The notes beneath the pieces are model-generated. The model was not told where the DNA came from and made no database searches. It was given only the letters and a program-made list of their open reading frames with translations. From assembly GCF_006345805.1 (NCBI RefSeq), contig NC_043000.1:25978001-26042000 (forward strand): 64,000 nucleotides of DNA, read 5' to 3'. This stretch comes from Octopus sinensis. Taxonomy: Eukaryota. This document shows positions 38,663 to 53,405 of the stretch, piece by piece (position 1 is the stretch's first letter; each line of letters starts with the position of its first letter). The position numbers were made by a program, and so were the translations under genes.

Positions 38663-39538
38663 GTATATATATTTATATACATATATGCATTCATACACAT
38701 ACACTTAAATGATCAGTCTTGGGGTGCTGCGTGGAAGGGTTTTGCCAAGCAAAACGACCCCCCCTACTTATTTCTCAGTCTGGCACTTTATTCTGTCAAT
38801 CTTTTTGACCAAACTGCTAAGTTACAGGGATGTAAACGGACCAACACCAGTTATCAAGTGGTGGTGGTGTGGACACACACACACACGCACATGCATATGT
38901 GAGGGGCTTCCTTACAGTTTCCATCTATCAAATTCTCTTTTGAGGCATTGGTTGGCCAGGGGCTATATTAAGAGACAGTTGCCCAAGGTACCATGCAGTG
39001 GTACTGAACCTGAAACCAAATGGTCGTTTGCAGAGCTACCACCTTAACCACACACGCGTGCACACACACACACACAGCTCTGCTTTAACATAAGAAAAGA
39101 AAAAGAAAAATCGACCCAGGCAAAAATCAAACTTGGTCACTCATGCTTGACCTTGAACCAGATACCATGGTAGGTGGAGGTGAGGGTGTTGGAGGGGGAA
39201 AAACATTAATCTGGTCTGGCTTTTTATTATTTGCACCAAATGGACCAGTGCAATTATTGGAAACTAATGTGGTTTTTTGTTTATTTATTTATATTTATTT
39301 CTATCATGCAGTAACTTCAATTTGCTTGTTGGTCAAAATTAGTGTGTATGGGTATATGCGTGTGTGTGTGTATGTATATATGTATATATATATGTATGTA
39401 TGTATCTTTATATCTATCTATATATATATGTATGTATGTATCTATCTATATATCTATCTCTCTATCTTTCTAAGTATCTATATACATTATATATATATTT
39501 TTTCCTCTGTCTTCCTTTCTCTGGATCTTTCCTTCTAT

Positions 39539-39573
39539 GTTTCCGATGAAGAGCTCTGCTCGAAACGTTAAAC
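39539..39573 (+). ncRNA. Minimal hammerhead-like motif in a short PLE-like insertion (~39500-39666)
   Basis: GUUU-CCGAUGA-A-GAGC(ucu)GCUC-GAAACGUU-AAAC. Stems I and II are intact, with one core change (U4C). The element is flanked by (TA)n. Confidence 0.6.
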
Positions 39574-42500
39574 CCTCCTCCTTTCCTGAGCGTCCAATAA
39601 TACTATATTTGTTCCATGTCCTCGCGTTGTTGTGTTTTTTTGTGCTTTCTTGTTTGGATTAACTTTATATGTATATATATATATGCATATCGTCATCATC
39701 ATTTAATAGCCATTGTCCATGCTGGCATGGGTTGGACAGTTTGATCAGGCTGTTATGCTGGAAGGCTGAACCAGACTACAGTCTAATTTCGTAATGCCAA
39801 CTACTCTGAGGGTGTAATGGGTGCTTTTATGTGCCACTGGCATGGGTACTATTTGCATCACACACATTCTTTTATTCTTTTACTTGTTTTGCTCATTTGA
39901 CTATGGCCATGCTGCAGCACTACCTTGAAATCGACTCCAACTTATTTCTTAAGCCTTGTACTTATTGTTTTGGTCTCTTTTGCTGAACCGCTAAGTTACA
40001 GAGACGTAAATGCATCAACACTGGTTGTCAAGCAGTGATGAAGGAACAAATACAGATGCGAAGACGCACATACACACACACACACACACGCACACCACAG
40101 ATATATATGTACATAGACACATGCACATGAAGCCCAGTCAGCTCTTGTCAAACCTTCCAGCTCATGGCAGCATGGAAAACAGACATTAAATGATGATGAC
40201 ATGACTGGTTTCTTTTAGTTTCCATCTACCAAATCCTCTCACAAGGCTTTGTTCGGCCTGAGGCTTTAGTAGAAGGCACATGCTCAAGGTGCCAGGCAGT
40301 GGGGCTGAACCCCAAACCATGAGGTCGGGAAACGAGCTTCTTACCACACAGCCATGAACCTGTTATCTTTTACTTGTTTTGGTCATCAGACTGTGGCCAT
40401 ACTGGAGCACTGTCTTAGAATTTTTAGTACTTATTTAGTTATTATTTTAAAGCCCCATACTTATTCTATTGGTCTGTTTTGCTGAATTGCTAAGTTAAAG
40501 GGACATAAACACACCAACACCAGTTGTCAAGCAGTGGTGGTGGACAAACACAATCCCTCCCCCATTCCCCCATATACGACGGGCTTCTTTCAGTTTCCAT
40601 CTACCATATCCACTCACAAATCTCTGGTCGGCCTGAGGGTACAGTAGAAGACGCTTGCCCAAGGTGCCACGCAGTGGGATTGAACCTGGAACCTTGTGGT
40701 TTGGAAGCAAACTTCTTACCATACACCTACATCTATACCATAATATATATATATCAAAAGCATGTGTTATAATTCCATAGCCATACCAATAATCCAACAT
40801 ATCCCCATCATCAGCTGCCCCACGGATATCATTATGGTTTCGACACTTGGGCAGTACCATTCAACCTGGCAGTGTCAACAGCACTAAAATAAGTTGTTTG
40901 GGAACAAACCAAAGAAGCCACAACTTTCAAACACATTTACCCTATGCCCAACCGTATCGATAAATGAATTCCATAAGTAAATTGCAACCACTCCTAAATA
41001 CCTAACTAAACACTGACAACTCTATTAAGTCATACAAAATTATAATCCCTACCGTCTTCCGTAGTGTAATATAAATCAATATTAAACACTAATAAACACA
41101 TCAGGATTAAACACTAACTTTTAATAAAACTACAACAAAGAGACATTTAAACCAGTGTACATTGTATCGGTATTAATTTGTAAACTGCAATATCTAAATT
41201 ATATGCTAAATTGCGATCCATCTTTAAGTCCATATAAATAATAACCCCACCGGTCTTCCATAGATACTACTATACAATGAAAGTTCAAGCCTTATAAAAA
41301 ATTTTCCAAAACAAAACATGATTGAAATTAATTTAACTAATGTTTTTATGAGTGAAATACATTATTTCATCATTCAAAAGTTAATAATAAAACACTACAT
41401 ACTCATTAATATATTGCCACTACAAGTTATAATATTAAATTACCAGGGACTTAAATTTCATTAAACAGGAACTAATAAAAGTACTTGTAATAAACTGACA
41501 TTATAAACCTTGGTATTTTTAAAGCTAATTAAACTGTTTAAAAGACAATAAAACTACAAGTATTAAAATTAATCAGACACGCGGCTCCCTTACCAAGAAT
41601 TTAAAGAGCAACTAAATATTGATGCCATAGTGCGTAATTACCATTTTCTCAATTGTCTCAATACTGATGACATAGTAAGCAAATAACTGGAATCTTAAAC
41701 CTTCAAATCCTTACAAATATTTGTGAAGCTGAAGACTAGATATTACCCCATATTTCATCATCATCATTGTTTAATGTCTGCTTTCCATGCTGGCATGGGT
41801 TGGACTGTTTGACTGGGGATTGGTGAGCCAGATGGCTGCACCAGGCTCCAATCTGATCTGCCTGAGTTTCTACAGCCCAGTCCGGGATTCGAGCTCCTCA
41901 CAACCTCACGATCGTAAGCTCGACGCTCTAGCCACTGAGCCATGCACCTTCACACACACACACACATACACATATATAGGCCTCCATTCACTTAGTGGTG
42001 GGGATGTGAACACACCAACACCGGTTGTCAAGCTGGGGTGGTGGACAATACCCTCCCTACCATATATGACTGGCTTCTTTCAGCTTCATCATCATTGTTT
42101 AACGTCCGCTTTCCATGCTAGCATGGGTTGGACGATTCGATATGGACTGGCGAACCAGATGGCTGCACCAGGCCTCAATCTTGATCTGGCAGAGTTTCTA
42201 CAGCTGGATGCCCTTCCTAACACCAACCACTCCGAGAGTGTAGTGGGTGCTTTTACGTGCCAGTCAGGTGGTACTGGCAACGGCCACAAAAATTTTTTTT
42301 TTTTATTTAACGTGTCATCTGCACACTGGCACAAGTGCCAGTAAGGCGACGCTGGTAACGATCATACTAGAATGGTGTTCTTTATGTGCCACCGGCACGA
42401 ATGCCAGTTAGCCGCTCTGGCAACGATCACGCTACCAAATCCACTCACAAGGTTCTGGTCAGCCTGAGGCTGTAGTAGATTGAACCCAGAACCTTGTGGT

Positions 42501-43612
42501 TTGGAACCAAACTTCTTAACTACACAGCCACATCTGTGCCTATATATCAGTGCTTGCCTGTGTAAATATGTCTGTGTCCCCTCCATCCAGGTGTGTCTGA
42601 GACTGCTTGATTGCTTCTCGGCATCTTTCTTCGTCTTCCCATTAATAAGATACAGTTATTGATCTCTAATGCTGTCTTGCAACATATTTCTACATGAAAA
42701 TGTTTTCTCATTATAATCAATAATTCCATTGATCTTCACCTGTTTATGCAGGTGGTGGCAGTGGCAGTGGTGAGGGTGAGACCCTTTATGCTCGCCCTTC
42801 CTCACCCCTTACACATAGCAGTCTCAAGGACTTCTCTGTTGTAGCAAAATAAAATAAAATAAAATGGCCTTCCCTTTATTCATATTCCTACTACGACTTC
42901 TCTCCATGCTTTCTCTTCCTATCCCCTCTCCCCTCCTCCTCTCTACCATTCCTTCTTAATTACTTCCTCATACCTCACCTATTTCCCTCACCTATTTCCC
43001 TCTGCTAGTTTTCTCTGTAATTCTCCTTCTCTCTTTCTCATATTACCCCCTCACCATCATCACCTTTTTTTATCTCCCACCCCCCGTCCTTCTCTCCTTC
43101 CTCTTCCCCCTGTCTTCTCCTCTATGCACTTAACTTTTTTTTTTGTGTAGCTAATTAATCTAATTATCTTAACTGCATCAACCCCCACCTTCTCCCCTTG
43201 CATCAACCTCACTTCTCCCTTCTGCACCAATTCCACCCCCAACCCCCATACCCACTCTGCTATTACCAATTCCTTCATATCCTTGCCAACCCCATCACCC
43301 AATTGTTGTCTGTCTGGTGTTCCATAATCAGGTTGTAGAACATTGGAGTCTGATGTGTTTGTTGATGAAGAAATAAATTAATGTTTAGATTGAACACGGG
43401 CCACAGGTGCAGGTATGGCTGTGTGGTAAGAGGTTTGCTTCCCAACCACATGGTTCTGGGTTCAATCCCGCTGTGTGACACCTTGGCCAAGTGTCTGCTA
43501 CTGTAGTCTTGAGCAGACAAATACCTTGTAAGTGGATTTGGTAGATGGAAACTGAAAGAAGCCAGTGTGTACTGGGTGCTTTTATTTTCCTGGCACCAGC
43601 ACTAGTGAGGTC

Positions 43613-43767
43613 TTTTCCTACCCTTTTCCACTCTCCTACCCTGATGTAATCTCCAGGGATACAGGCATCCAGCAACAGGACCTCCGTAATGCTATGATGG
43701 ACCGTGAAGTCTGGCGTAGCATGGTAAATTCCATTGTCTCGACCATGGTCGAACAATGATGATGATG
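43613..43767 (+). mobile_element. 5'-truncated RTE-clade LINE 3' end
   Basis: LSYPDVISRDTGIQQQDLRNAMMDREVWRSMVNSIV (the RTE 'DR..WR' terminus), a (GAT)n tail and a perfect 12-bp TSD actagtgaggtc (43601-43612 / 43768-43779). Confidence 0.85.
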
Positions 43768-44097
43768 ACTAGTGAGGTCACTATATATCTTGCAAAACTA
43801 AGGATCTTGACAGAAGTGATTTTGTACTAGGAGATTAGGGGGTTAACGTATGAGAGAAGGGGGTCAGAGCAGAATGGGGTTTCTTGCTGTAGTGAGGCCT
43901 TCATATCTAGTCACATTTTAGAACAAGTATAAAAGAAACCAGTTTCATTCTCTAAGAAACTACCCTTCTATTGAGGAATGCAAGTTTGTGTATATACAAT
44001 AAAAAAAAAAAACCCAAAACCTCAAAAAAATGCATTACTTTCATTTGTTTAACCTTTTTTGTATCAATCTGAACACCTCTGGTTTCATCATCTCTAT

Positions 44098-44454
44098 CAG
44101 TGGTTCCCAAACTTTTTCGGGCTGCTGCTCCCTTGACACCCAGGCCAGACTCCTAGTGCCCCCACCCCAACTAACCACCACAAACATAGACCTCTTTCTG
44201 AAGCGAATTCAAAGCAATTGTATTTCACAAATAAAACTTAACCTAACAAACCCATTATTTTGTTGATTTTACATGAATTGCCACCCCATTATCACCACAA
44301 TTTTTACACAATTCATCACCCCATTATCACCCAACTTTTTATATGAATTGCTCACCCATTATCGCCCCACTTTTCTTCAATACCCCCTTGGAACTTCCCA
44401 CCACTCCCGGGATGGGGTGGGGTGGGGACAACAGCGCCCACTTGGGAACCACTG
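44098..44454. mobile_element. hAT (Charlie-like) MITE
   Basis: TIR cagtggttcccaa / ttgggaaccactg; degenerate 8-bp TSD atctctat/atctgcat. Related ends occur at ~3470 and ~50234. Confidence 0.75.
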
Positions 44455-44595
44455 ATCTGCATCACCATCATTTAACATTCATGTTCCATGCCAGCATAGG
44501 TTGGACAGTTTGACAGAATCCAATGGGTTCAAGGACTGCATTGTGTGAACTAGATTGTTACCTAAACCCCTATATAGTGCCAATAAATTGATACC

Positions 44596-44825
44596 TATTT
44601 CTTTACTGCCCACAAGGGGCTAAACACAGAGAGGACAAAGAAGGAAAGACAAATGGATTAAGTCGATTGTATCAACCCCGTGCGTAACTGGTATGTAATT
44701 TATCGACCCCGAAAGGATGAAAGGCAAAGTCGACCTTGGCGGAATTTGAACTCAGAAAGTAGCGACAGGCAAAATACCGCTAAGCATTTCGCCTGGCGTG
44801 CTAACGTTTCTGCCAGCTTACTGCC
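44596..44825 (-). mobile_element. SINE family B monomer
   Basis: Perfect 22-bp TSD atagtgccaataaattgatacc (44574-44595 / 44826-44847). Other copies are at ~7880-8497, 12907-13139, 18665-18885, 29640-29845, 30147-30374 and 56335-56548. Confidence 0.85.
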
Positions 44826-46364
44826 ATAGTGCCAATAAATTGATACCAAGCTCCAGTGTGCCAGTGGCATGTAAAAAAGCATCTCAGAGTGGTTGGCGTT
44901 AGGAAGGACATCCAGTTGTAAAACCCTTGCCAGGTCAGACTGGAGTCTGGCGCAGCTTCCCGGCTTGCCTGTCCTCAGTCAAACTGTCCAACCCATGCCA
45001 GCATGGAAAGCGGATGTTAAACAGTGATGATGACGACAACGATGACAGCGATGGTTGATACCCAGTCCTGCCATTATCTGTCTGCTATTTCATCAAGTCT
45101 GTTCTTTCTGCCATTATCTGTCTGTTCTTTCATCAAGTTTTTACCAAATTTAATCGCGATCAGATCTGAACTACCATTTTATATAACAATATAATCTCAG
45201 ATCATCTCTTTCTGTAACTGAACACCATAAAAACAAAAACAGTAGCATTCGTTGCTCTACCGATTCTATTAAACAACAACTGTGATGATATGACAGTACT
45301 TGGAATTGGTGTATATTTCCAGAAATCTGTAATCTCAAACCATAATTGTTTTTCCATTTTTCTCCTCATATTCCCCCTCCCACCCCCGCCCGTTGTTTTA
45401 TTCATTTTACACCATAAACACTTTTAAAGGATTTTTTTTTTTTATCTCAGGTGTTTTATTGGATTTGTCTCCTCATCCCTTTCACCTGTTTTTATTTTTA
45501 ATCAGTTGTTGTTTTAAGCATTACCACAATCACCACCATCACCTCCACAACTGACACCACAGCCACCACTATCACCACCCTCACCACAGCCATCACCACA
45601 ACCACCATCATCATCACTACCAACAACAACCACAACTGCTACCATCACCACCCTCACCACAGCCATCACCACAACCACCACCATCATCACCACAACCACC
45701 ACCATCATCACCACAACCACCACCATCATCACCACAACCACCACCATCACCTCTTCAACTGACATCGTCACCTTCACCAGTCACCGCCATCATCACCACC
45801 CTCATCCTAACCACTACCACCACCACCACCACCACAAAGTTGAAATTATTAAAAAGAAACAAAATAAATGCTATAAAAAAAATTAAAAAAAAGAAAGAAA
45901 AGAAGCTAGTGACAGTGTTATGGAAACAGAATTCAAATTTATTATGAAAACGGTTCTGGTTTGGAGATATAAACAATTCCGTGCAGTCTTTTAATGCTTT
46001 CTTCTGTCGGTTTCCTTGTAAAATCTGACAGAACAATGAAGACAAAGAAACATCAAATGATATGGAAAAACCTGACTGGAATTTCAGAAAGAACTCTGCA
46101 GATTTTTTTTTTTGTTTATTGTATTTTGTTATGTTTTATTAATATATTTTGAATTTGGTGGTGGTGGTGGTGGGTGTTTCGTTTTTTTTCTTAACTTTAG
46201 TTTTTGTTTTAGATTTATTTTATTTTATTTTAATTTTTTAGAATTTTATTTTAATTTCTTAATATTCGAAAAAAAATTAAATGGAAGAGTATGTGACACC
46301 TTCTTGCTAGAAGTGAAGGGAAATGCGTAAACAAACACCATTTTCGAAAAGTTTCAAGTATGTG

Positions 46365-46970
46365 TGTGAGCAGTGTGTGTGTGTGTGTGTGGAATGTATG
46401 CACATTGGGTTGTGTGTGTGTGTGTGGAATGTATGCACATTGGGTTGTGTGTGTGTGTGGAGTGTATGCACTTTGGTGTGTGTGTGGAGTGTATGCACAT
46501 TGGGTTGTGTGTGTGTGTGTGGAGTGTATGAACTTTGGTGTGTGTGGAGTGTTTGCACATTGGTGTGTGTGTGTGTGTGTGTGGCGTGTATATCACTTTG
46601 GTGTGTGTGTGTGGAGTGTGTATGCACATTGGGTTGTGTGTGTGTGGAGTGTATGCACTTTGGTGTGTGTGTGTAGAGTGTATGCACTTTGGTGTGTGTG
46701 TAGAGTGTATGCACTTTGGTGTGTGTGTGGAGTGTATGCACTTTGGTGTGTGTGTGGAGTGTATGCACTTTGGTGTGTGTGTGGAGTGTATGCACTTTGG
46801 TGTGTGTGTGGAGTGTATGCACTTTGGTGTGTGTGTGTGGAGTGTATGCACATTGGTGTGTGTGTGGAGTGTATGCACATTGGTGTGTGTGTGAAGTGTA
46901 TGCACATTGGTGTGTGTGTGTGTGTGTGGAGTGTATGCACAGTGGTATGTGGTGTGTGTGTGTGTGTGGT
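46365..46970. repeat. Minisatellite, ~26-bp unit (gtgtggagtgtatgcactttggtgt) with variable (GT)n
   Basis: About 20 tandem units are visible; they explain the six overlapping pseudo-ORFs here. Confidence 0.95.
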
Positions 46971-47623
46971 GATGTGGGAGGTATTTGAGATGTAGAAGTA
47001 TGCTTATGAAAAGATTGCTCAGAAGTCATTTACAACACTTCTCTGTCTTCACCCCTTTGTCTCTCTCTCTCTCTCTCTATCTCTTTATCTGTTGTATCTC
47101 TATCTATCTTTCTCTCTACCTCTGTTTTTCTGTCTGTCTCTATCCTGTCTCCTTTATTTTTGTTGCTTTCACATGAAAATTGCTGCTAAATACTCTGTAA
47201 CTTATATATGTTGATACATGCACACATACGTACATGTGCATATGCTTTACGTATACATACACCCATACATAGATACACGCATACATACATACTTTAGATG
47301 TCCATACTTATTCATACATTCACCCACGTCCATACACACACTTATGATGTATGCATATACATGAATAACAGTTTTTTATGCAATTTCCTTTTGATTTTTT
47401 TTTAATCTATGATGAAAAGTGAATATTATCTATCCTCCCTCTCATCATCATCATCATCATCACCACCACCACTGCCGTTTTCGTCGTCATCAATACTTCA
47501 GATACGAATACTTGTTTTGAGTTTTGATGAAAAATATGGTAATCTGAAATCATTTGGAAATTATACTTTTACTGGAGTAGAATTACCATTTTATTTGATT
47601 ATCTTTCATCATTGAGATATTAC

Positions 47624-47654
<31 letters not shown>

Positions 47655-48039
47655 AGTAAAAAAAAAATAGATGAAAAACAGAAAACTGAAGGAATTGGAA
47701 AGTTTTTCTGTGTTTTTTGTTCTAATGATTTGCTGGCATTGTGGTTTCGATTTTGGTATAATTATATTAGGGAATTAGGTCAGAACTACTGTCAGACTTT
47801 TATTTGTTTCATGTGGTTATTAGCTTACTTTGGAATAAGTATTGTTGGTTTTGGTTGTTCTTTTATTCTTTTGGAGAATATGACACGACCTTTCAAGTGA
47901 ATCATCTTTCTTTGTCTTTTGTCTTTGAGAGAAGAAATGCGTTACTGATGTATTACCAATTTACGTTAAACGTCTGTGTGAATAGAATGTGAAATTTTTA
48001 GAAATAAAAAGATTCTATATATATATATATTCTTTATAT

Positions 48040-48450
48040 AGGCACAGGTGTGGCTGTGTGGAAAGAAGATTGCTTCCTAACTACATGGTTCCAGGTTCAG
48101 TCCCACTGTGTGGCACCTCAAGCCAGTGTCTTGTACTATAGTCTCGGGCTGACCAAAGCCTTGTGAGTGGATTTGATAGATGGAAACTGAAAGATGGTTA
48201 TATATATATATATATCTGTGTGTGTGTGTGTGATCTTGGTCCCCATCACCACCACTTGACAACTGGTGTTGGTGTGTTTACATCCATGTAACCTAGTAGT
48301 TCAGCGGAAGAGCCCAATAGAATAAGTACTAGGCTTCAAAATAAAAAAAATAAAAAAGATCCTGGGGTCGAATTGTTTGACTAAAACTTTCAAGGCTGTG
48401 CCCCAGCATGACCGCAATCAAATGACTGAAGCAAGTAAAAAGGGTAAAAG
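48040..48450 (+). mobile_element. SINE family A
   Basis: Full-length homologue of 2766-3180 in (TA)n. Other copies are at ~5674-5890, 23215-23575, 31705-31868, 32590-32945, 40366-40730 and 53865-54030. Confidence 0.8.
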
Positions 48451-51384
48451 ATATATATATATATATATATATAAGATATGGATTCAGCGAATTGTGTGGC
48501 TATCACAGAAAGCTCCTCTAACAGAGTCGGCTATCAAACCACATAGTAATCCAGTAGCCTGCCTATCAATGCTAACATGTAAACATAATTTTATTGCACA
48601 CTGAAGTTATTACTACATGAAGGCTATGAAACGACTGTAACCCTAAGGATGTCATGTGGTTAAATAAATATATTAATTTCTCATAGCTCCTGACTTTTTA
48701 TGGTTTATATATCATTTAATGTCTGCCTACCATGCTGGCATGGGTTGGACGGTTTGACAGGAGCTGGCCAGGCAGGAGCCTGCACCAGACTACTGTGTCC
48801 GTTTTGGCATGATTTTTACAGCTGGATGCCCTTCCTAACACCAACTACCCAGCACACAAACACACACACATACACACGAAGCTTGCTTCTCAACCATATG
48901 GTCTCTGGTCCAGTTCCATCACGTGGCACTTTGGGCATGTGTCTTCTTATATATTCCCAAGCTGGCCAAAGCCTTGTGAGTGAATTTGGTAGACGGAAAC
49001 TGAAAGAAGCCTGTTGTATATGCATATGTGTGTGTGTGTGTTACTGTCTCCTTACCTGGGCTTCATGTGATTGTTGGAAGCAATTGTCACTGTCATGAAA
49101 ATCAGTGTCCTTCATTCCCAATCTTCCATGAAAACATGTCTGGTCATGGGGAAATATCGATCTTAGCTGGAAGCAGGTGAGTGTTGGCAACAGGAAGGGC
49201 ATCCAGCTGTAGGAAATCCATCTCAACAAATACTTTCTGTCCCATGTGCAAACATAGAAAAATGGTCATTAAAATGATGATGATGATTATCACACAGATA
49301 TTTCTTTCGTAAAAAGCGATTGATGGAGAGTTCATGGAAAGTGTGTGTGTGTGTGTGTGTGTGATGGAGGGAAATTAGGTTAAGAAGAACAATAATTTAA
49401 CGACATATAAGTACAGCTATAAGTACAATGAGGTACTTGAGAATAAATTCAAGTTACATTACTGTAATGAACGTATAATGTATATTAAATGTCTTATCTG
49501 ACATGGTCTTGTTTCTAGTAGGCAGGCATCCATCAAAATATGGGGAAAATTTGTAGAAAAATTTACTGTTTTTATTATACACTGTGGCGTTAAAACTGGT
49601 TCTATGCAGAAGTTTATGAAATGTCAAGAACATAAATAAGATTGATTTGTTTAAGACTTCACAATTTTGGTGATTTGAATCACCAAGTTTAATATCATCA
49701 CCACCATCATCATCATCGTCGTCGTCATTTCAATGTCCATTTTTCCATACTCGCATATATCGAACAGAATTTGTTGAGGTGATTGTTCTATGTTGGGATG
49801 CTCTTCCTGTCATCAGCCCTCGCCTATATCCAGTTAAAGTAATATTTTCCCATGACCAGACTAGTTTCCATTGAAAATTGGAAAAGGAGGACACCACTTG
49901 TGTAACGGTGACACTCATTTACAACTATCCATGATGACGAAGCAAGGAAACACGAAATCATGCACAAGCAGGCATATATACACACCATTTTTTATCTATG
50001 GACCCCTTTGATCACTATTCTGGTGGACCCCCATAGCCATTTGATGTTCTTGCGTTGGTTGAACTATGTTAAACGTTAGAGAAAGAAACCTGTCTGTTTT
50101 TTGTAATACTTACCAATACATACATTGGACTCAAAATTTCTTCAGGGATCCTTAAAATATTGTAGATCCCCAATTTACTATTCTGCTGTGTGGAACCCCC
50201 AAACTCTTATATGGACCCTGGTTGAGAACCACTGCTTCAGAGGTATTTCTTGCAAGAAACAACTAGTACCATTCTATATTTTTGGGATGAGGAATTCTGT
50301 ACATTATTTACAATGTATGGATAGGTGTCTGCATCTTGTTGCATTCTATTGCAAACCTACATAAGGAAATGGGTGATAAAAACAAAAGCAAGAAGTATCT
50401 ATAAAACTAAATTTTAAACATTGAATGGAAAGCAACAGGGAGTCCACCTGAATAAAATGATAGCCAAAAGGGGTCCATAGATATAAAAGAAAATGGCTGA
50501 GAACTCCTGGTGTAGATAAACAGGAAAATTCTCTTACAAACTCTATTGTTTGGTTAATGAGGCAACAGATGTCCAAATATTTAGGGACAGGCATGGTTAA
50601 GAAGCTCGTTTTGGGTTCAGTCCCACAGCATGGCACCTTTGGTCTCAGGCCAACCAGGGTATTGTGAGTGAATTTTGAGATGGAAACTGTGGAAGTCCAT
50701 TGTGTGTGTCCCACCACACTGACAGCCAGAAAAATGTTAATCAACAATTGTGCTGTGAGCAGAAATGACATAGTGTTTCATGTAACTGCCCTTCATCAGG
50801 TAGGCACATTCCTTATGACATCAATGATACCAACCCTGAGGTTGCCCCTGGTTTTATGAGACAAACTTCTTGTTTAAAAGTGATTTAGTAGTTCAGCAAA
50901 AGAGATCAACAGAATAAAAACCAGACTTAGATTAAAAGAAAATGTAATGTATTCGATTAGATGAACTAAAACCCCTTTGAAGTGGTGCCCAACTTGGCTG
51001 CAGTCCAATGACTGAAACAGAGTAAAAGCTTAGACACATATTTGCATGAGTCAGAGATTTAATTTGACCCTGCAGAGAAATAAGAAAAGATTTCAAAGAG
51101 ACAAACCAAACAAAGAAGCTGCCATCTGTTGTTCAGAGCTGCATATATTTCTTCATATTTGGTCATACGTGTATTCATGTTGCAGAGCTGTTTTGAATCT
51201 ATCATTGTTATCTTTTTCTATTCGTTTCATGTCTAACCGACTGTGATACGATAACGCAGTGTTTTTCAAACTTAATGTAATGTGAAATTAGATTTTAAAT
51301 AAGGATTATTTTGGCATTCAGCTTTGCTTCTCACGTGTTACATATTTTGGAATGGTAATAATTGGACTGCTATTTTACATTAAT

Positions 51385-51640
51385 GCTATCAACATCAACC
51401 GCATCACCATCATCATCACCATCATCACCATCATCATCAGCATCATCATCAGCATCATCATCAGCATCATCAGCATCATCACCATCATCATCATCACCAC
51501 CATCATCACCATCAGCATCATCATCAGCAACATCATCATCAGCAACATCATCATCAACATCATCATCATCACCATCATTATCATCATCATCATCATCAAC
51601 ACCATCACCATCATCATTACCACCACCATCATCATCATCA
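51385..51640. repeat. (CAT/CAC/CAG)n trinucleotide tract
   Basis: Directly visible; a similar (ACC/ATC)n tract is at 45520-45835. Confidence 0.95.
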
Positions 51641-52738
51641 TAATCAATAGCAAGGCAGCAAGCAGGCAGAGTTGCTAGATTTTGAAGCAAAAACACTTTA
51701 GCAGCATTCCTTCCAGCTCTTTATGTTCGAAGTTCAAATCTCACCAAAGTCAACATTGCTTTTAAGCCTTTCAGAGGTGATATAATATGTACCAGTTAGA
51801 GTACTGGGGTCGATGTAATTAGTTTGCTCCGCCCCCTTCAAAATTGCTAGTCCTGTGCCAAATTTAGAAAGAATTATTATTTTTGCTTTTCTTTCCTATT
51901 TGGTCTTTCGTATTCATCTTCTTCCTTGACCTTTGCTTTTTTGGGGATGGTAGTGATCAGAAATAGAAAAGAGGGGCCCCCAGATCAGAATTAAGAGCAT
52001 TCCAACCATGCCCACCCTATGGAAGTGGGTATCTAGGATTATATTAGCTAATGCAGCGCTTCTCATCGTTCTTGCACTCGCAACCCCTTACCCAGAAAGC
52101 TTGACACCCACGTGACCGCCCCCTACAAACAGCAGCTTCATTTACATTTTAATTAATTAATATTATGCCAAGCTACTTCTAGCAAGGATACTTGAACCCC
52201 ACCCCCCACTGCCAAAGCTTGATGACCCTCCAGCGGGGTCAAGAACTGCTGGTTGGGAACTCCTGATCTAATGTAATCCTTTTTTTTTTTTTTTTTTACT
52301 TAGATGGTAGGCATGGCTTTGTGGTTGAGCGGTTCACTTCCCAACGCTGTGGTTTCAGGTTCAGTCCCACTGTGTGGCACCTTGGACAAGTGGCTTCTGT
52401 TATAGCCCCAGGCCAACCTATGCCTTGTGAGAGGGAATTTGGTAGATCGAAACTGCGGAAGTTTGTTATCATGGTGGTGCTCCAGCATGACTGCAGCCAC
52501 ATGGCTGAAATGGGTAAAAGAGTAATGTGTATATGTGTGTGTGTTCCTCACTACCTCTACTTGACAGCTGGTGATGATTTGTTTATGTCCCAGTAACTTC
52601 GGAATTTAGTAAAAGAGATTGATAGAAAAATGCCTGACTTTAAAAAACAAATGTACTGGGCTCAGTTTGTTCAACTAAACCCTTAAAGGGAGTTTCCCCA
52701 GCATGGCTGCAGTCCAATGACTGAAGCCAAGTAAAAGG

Positions 52739-53405
52739 TTAACCTTTTAGCTTTCAGATTCCTCTGTCAAAAGTAATGTTTCTTTTTTTTTCTTTTATTC
52801 ACATTGCTTTGAATAAATCATGCATTGTGTCATGGCTTTGAGAGTCCAGTGGCGTGATTGTGTATTTTCAGAATGGCATTGTTGGGTAAGTATAAGAAGC
52901 TGGATCTGGCCTGTCCGAACATAGAACAGATAGAATATTTGGGCTGGATATACTCTTTACTCTTTTACTTGTTTCAGTCATTTCACTGTGGCCATGCTGG
53001 AGCACTGCCTTTAGTCGAGCAAATCGACCCTTGGACTTATTCTTTGTAAGCTTAGTACTTATTCTATTGGTCTCTTTTGCCAAACCACTAAGCTACAGGG
53101 ACGTAAACACACTAGCATCGGTTGTCAAGCAATGTTTGGGTGGGGGGCAAACACAGACAAATAAACATATACATATATACGTATACATACATATATACAC
53201 ACATACATATATACGACGGGCTTCTTTCAGTTTCTATCTACCAAATCCACTCACAAGGCTTTGGTCGGCCCGAGGCTATAGTAGAAGACACTTGCCCAAG
53301 GTGCCGCACAGTGGGACTGAACCCAGAACCATGTGGCTGGTAAGCAAGCAACTTACCACACAGCCACTCCTGCGCCTATGGCTGGTTTAAATGCCAAAGG
53401 GTTAA
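52739..53405. mobile_element. piggyBac-like MITE D (reverse orientation) interrupted by SINE-A (52951-53377)
   Basis: ttaaccttttagc...tttaaatgccaaagggttaa; reverse complement of family D. Confidence 0.75.

Noticed and set aside
40860-41750. AT-rich block with a short internal direct repeat (accgtcttccRtag-like)
   Set aside because: No ORF, TIR or TSD that I could establish.
46307-47029. Six overlapping ORFs up to 240 aa (HT- or CV-rich)
   Set aside because: Translations of a minisatellite; no splice or coding signal. Not a CRISPR array either, as there are no unique spacers.
51352-51696. Poly-D, -S, -I and -M ORFs
   Set aside because: A trinucleotide tract open in several frames.
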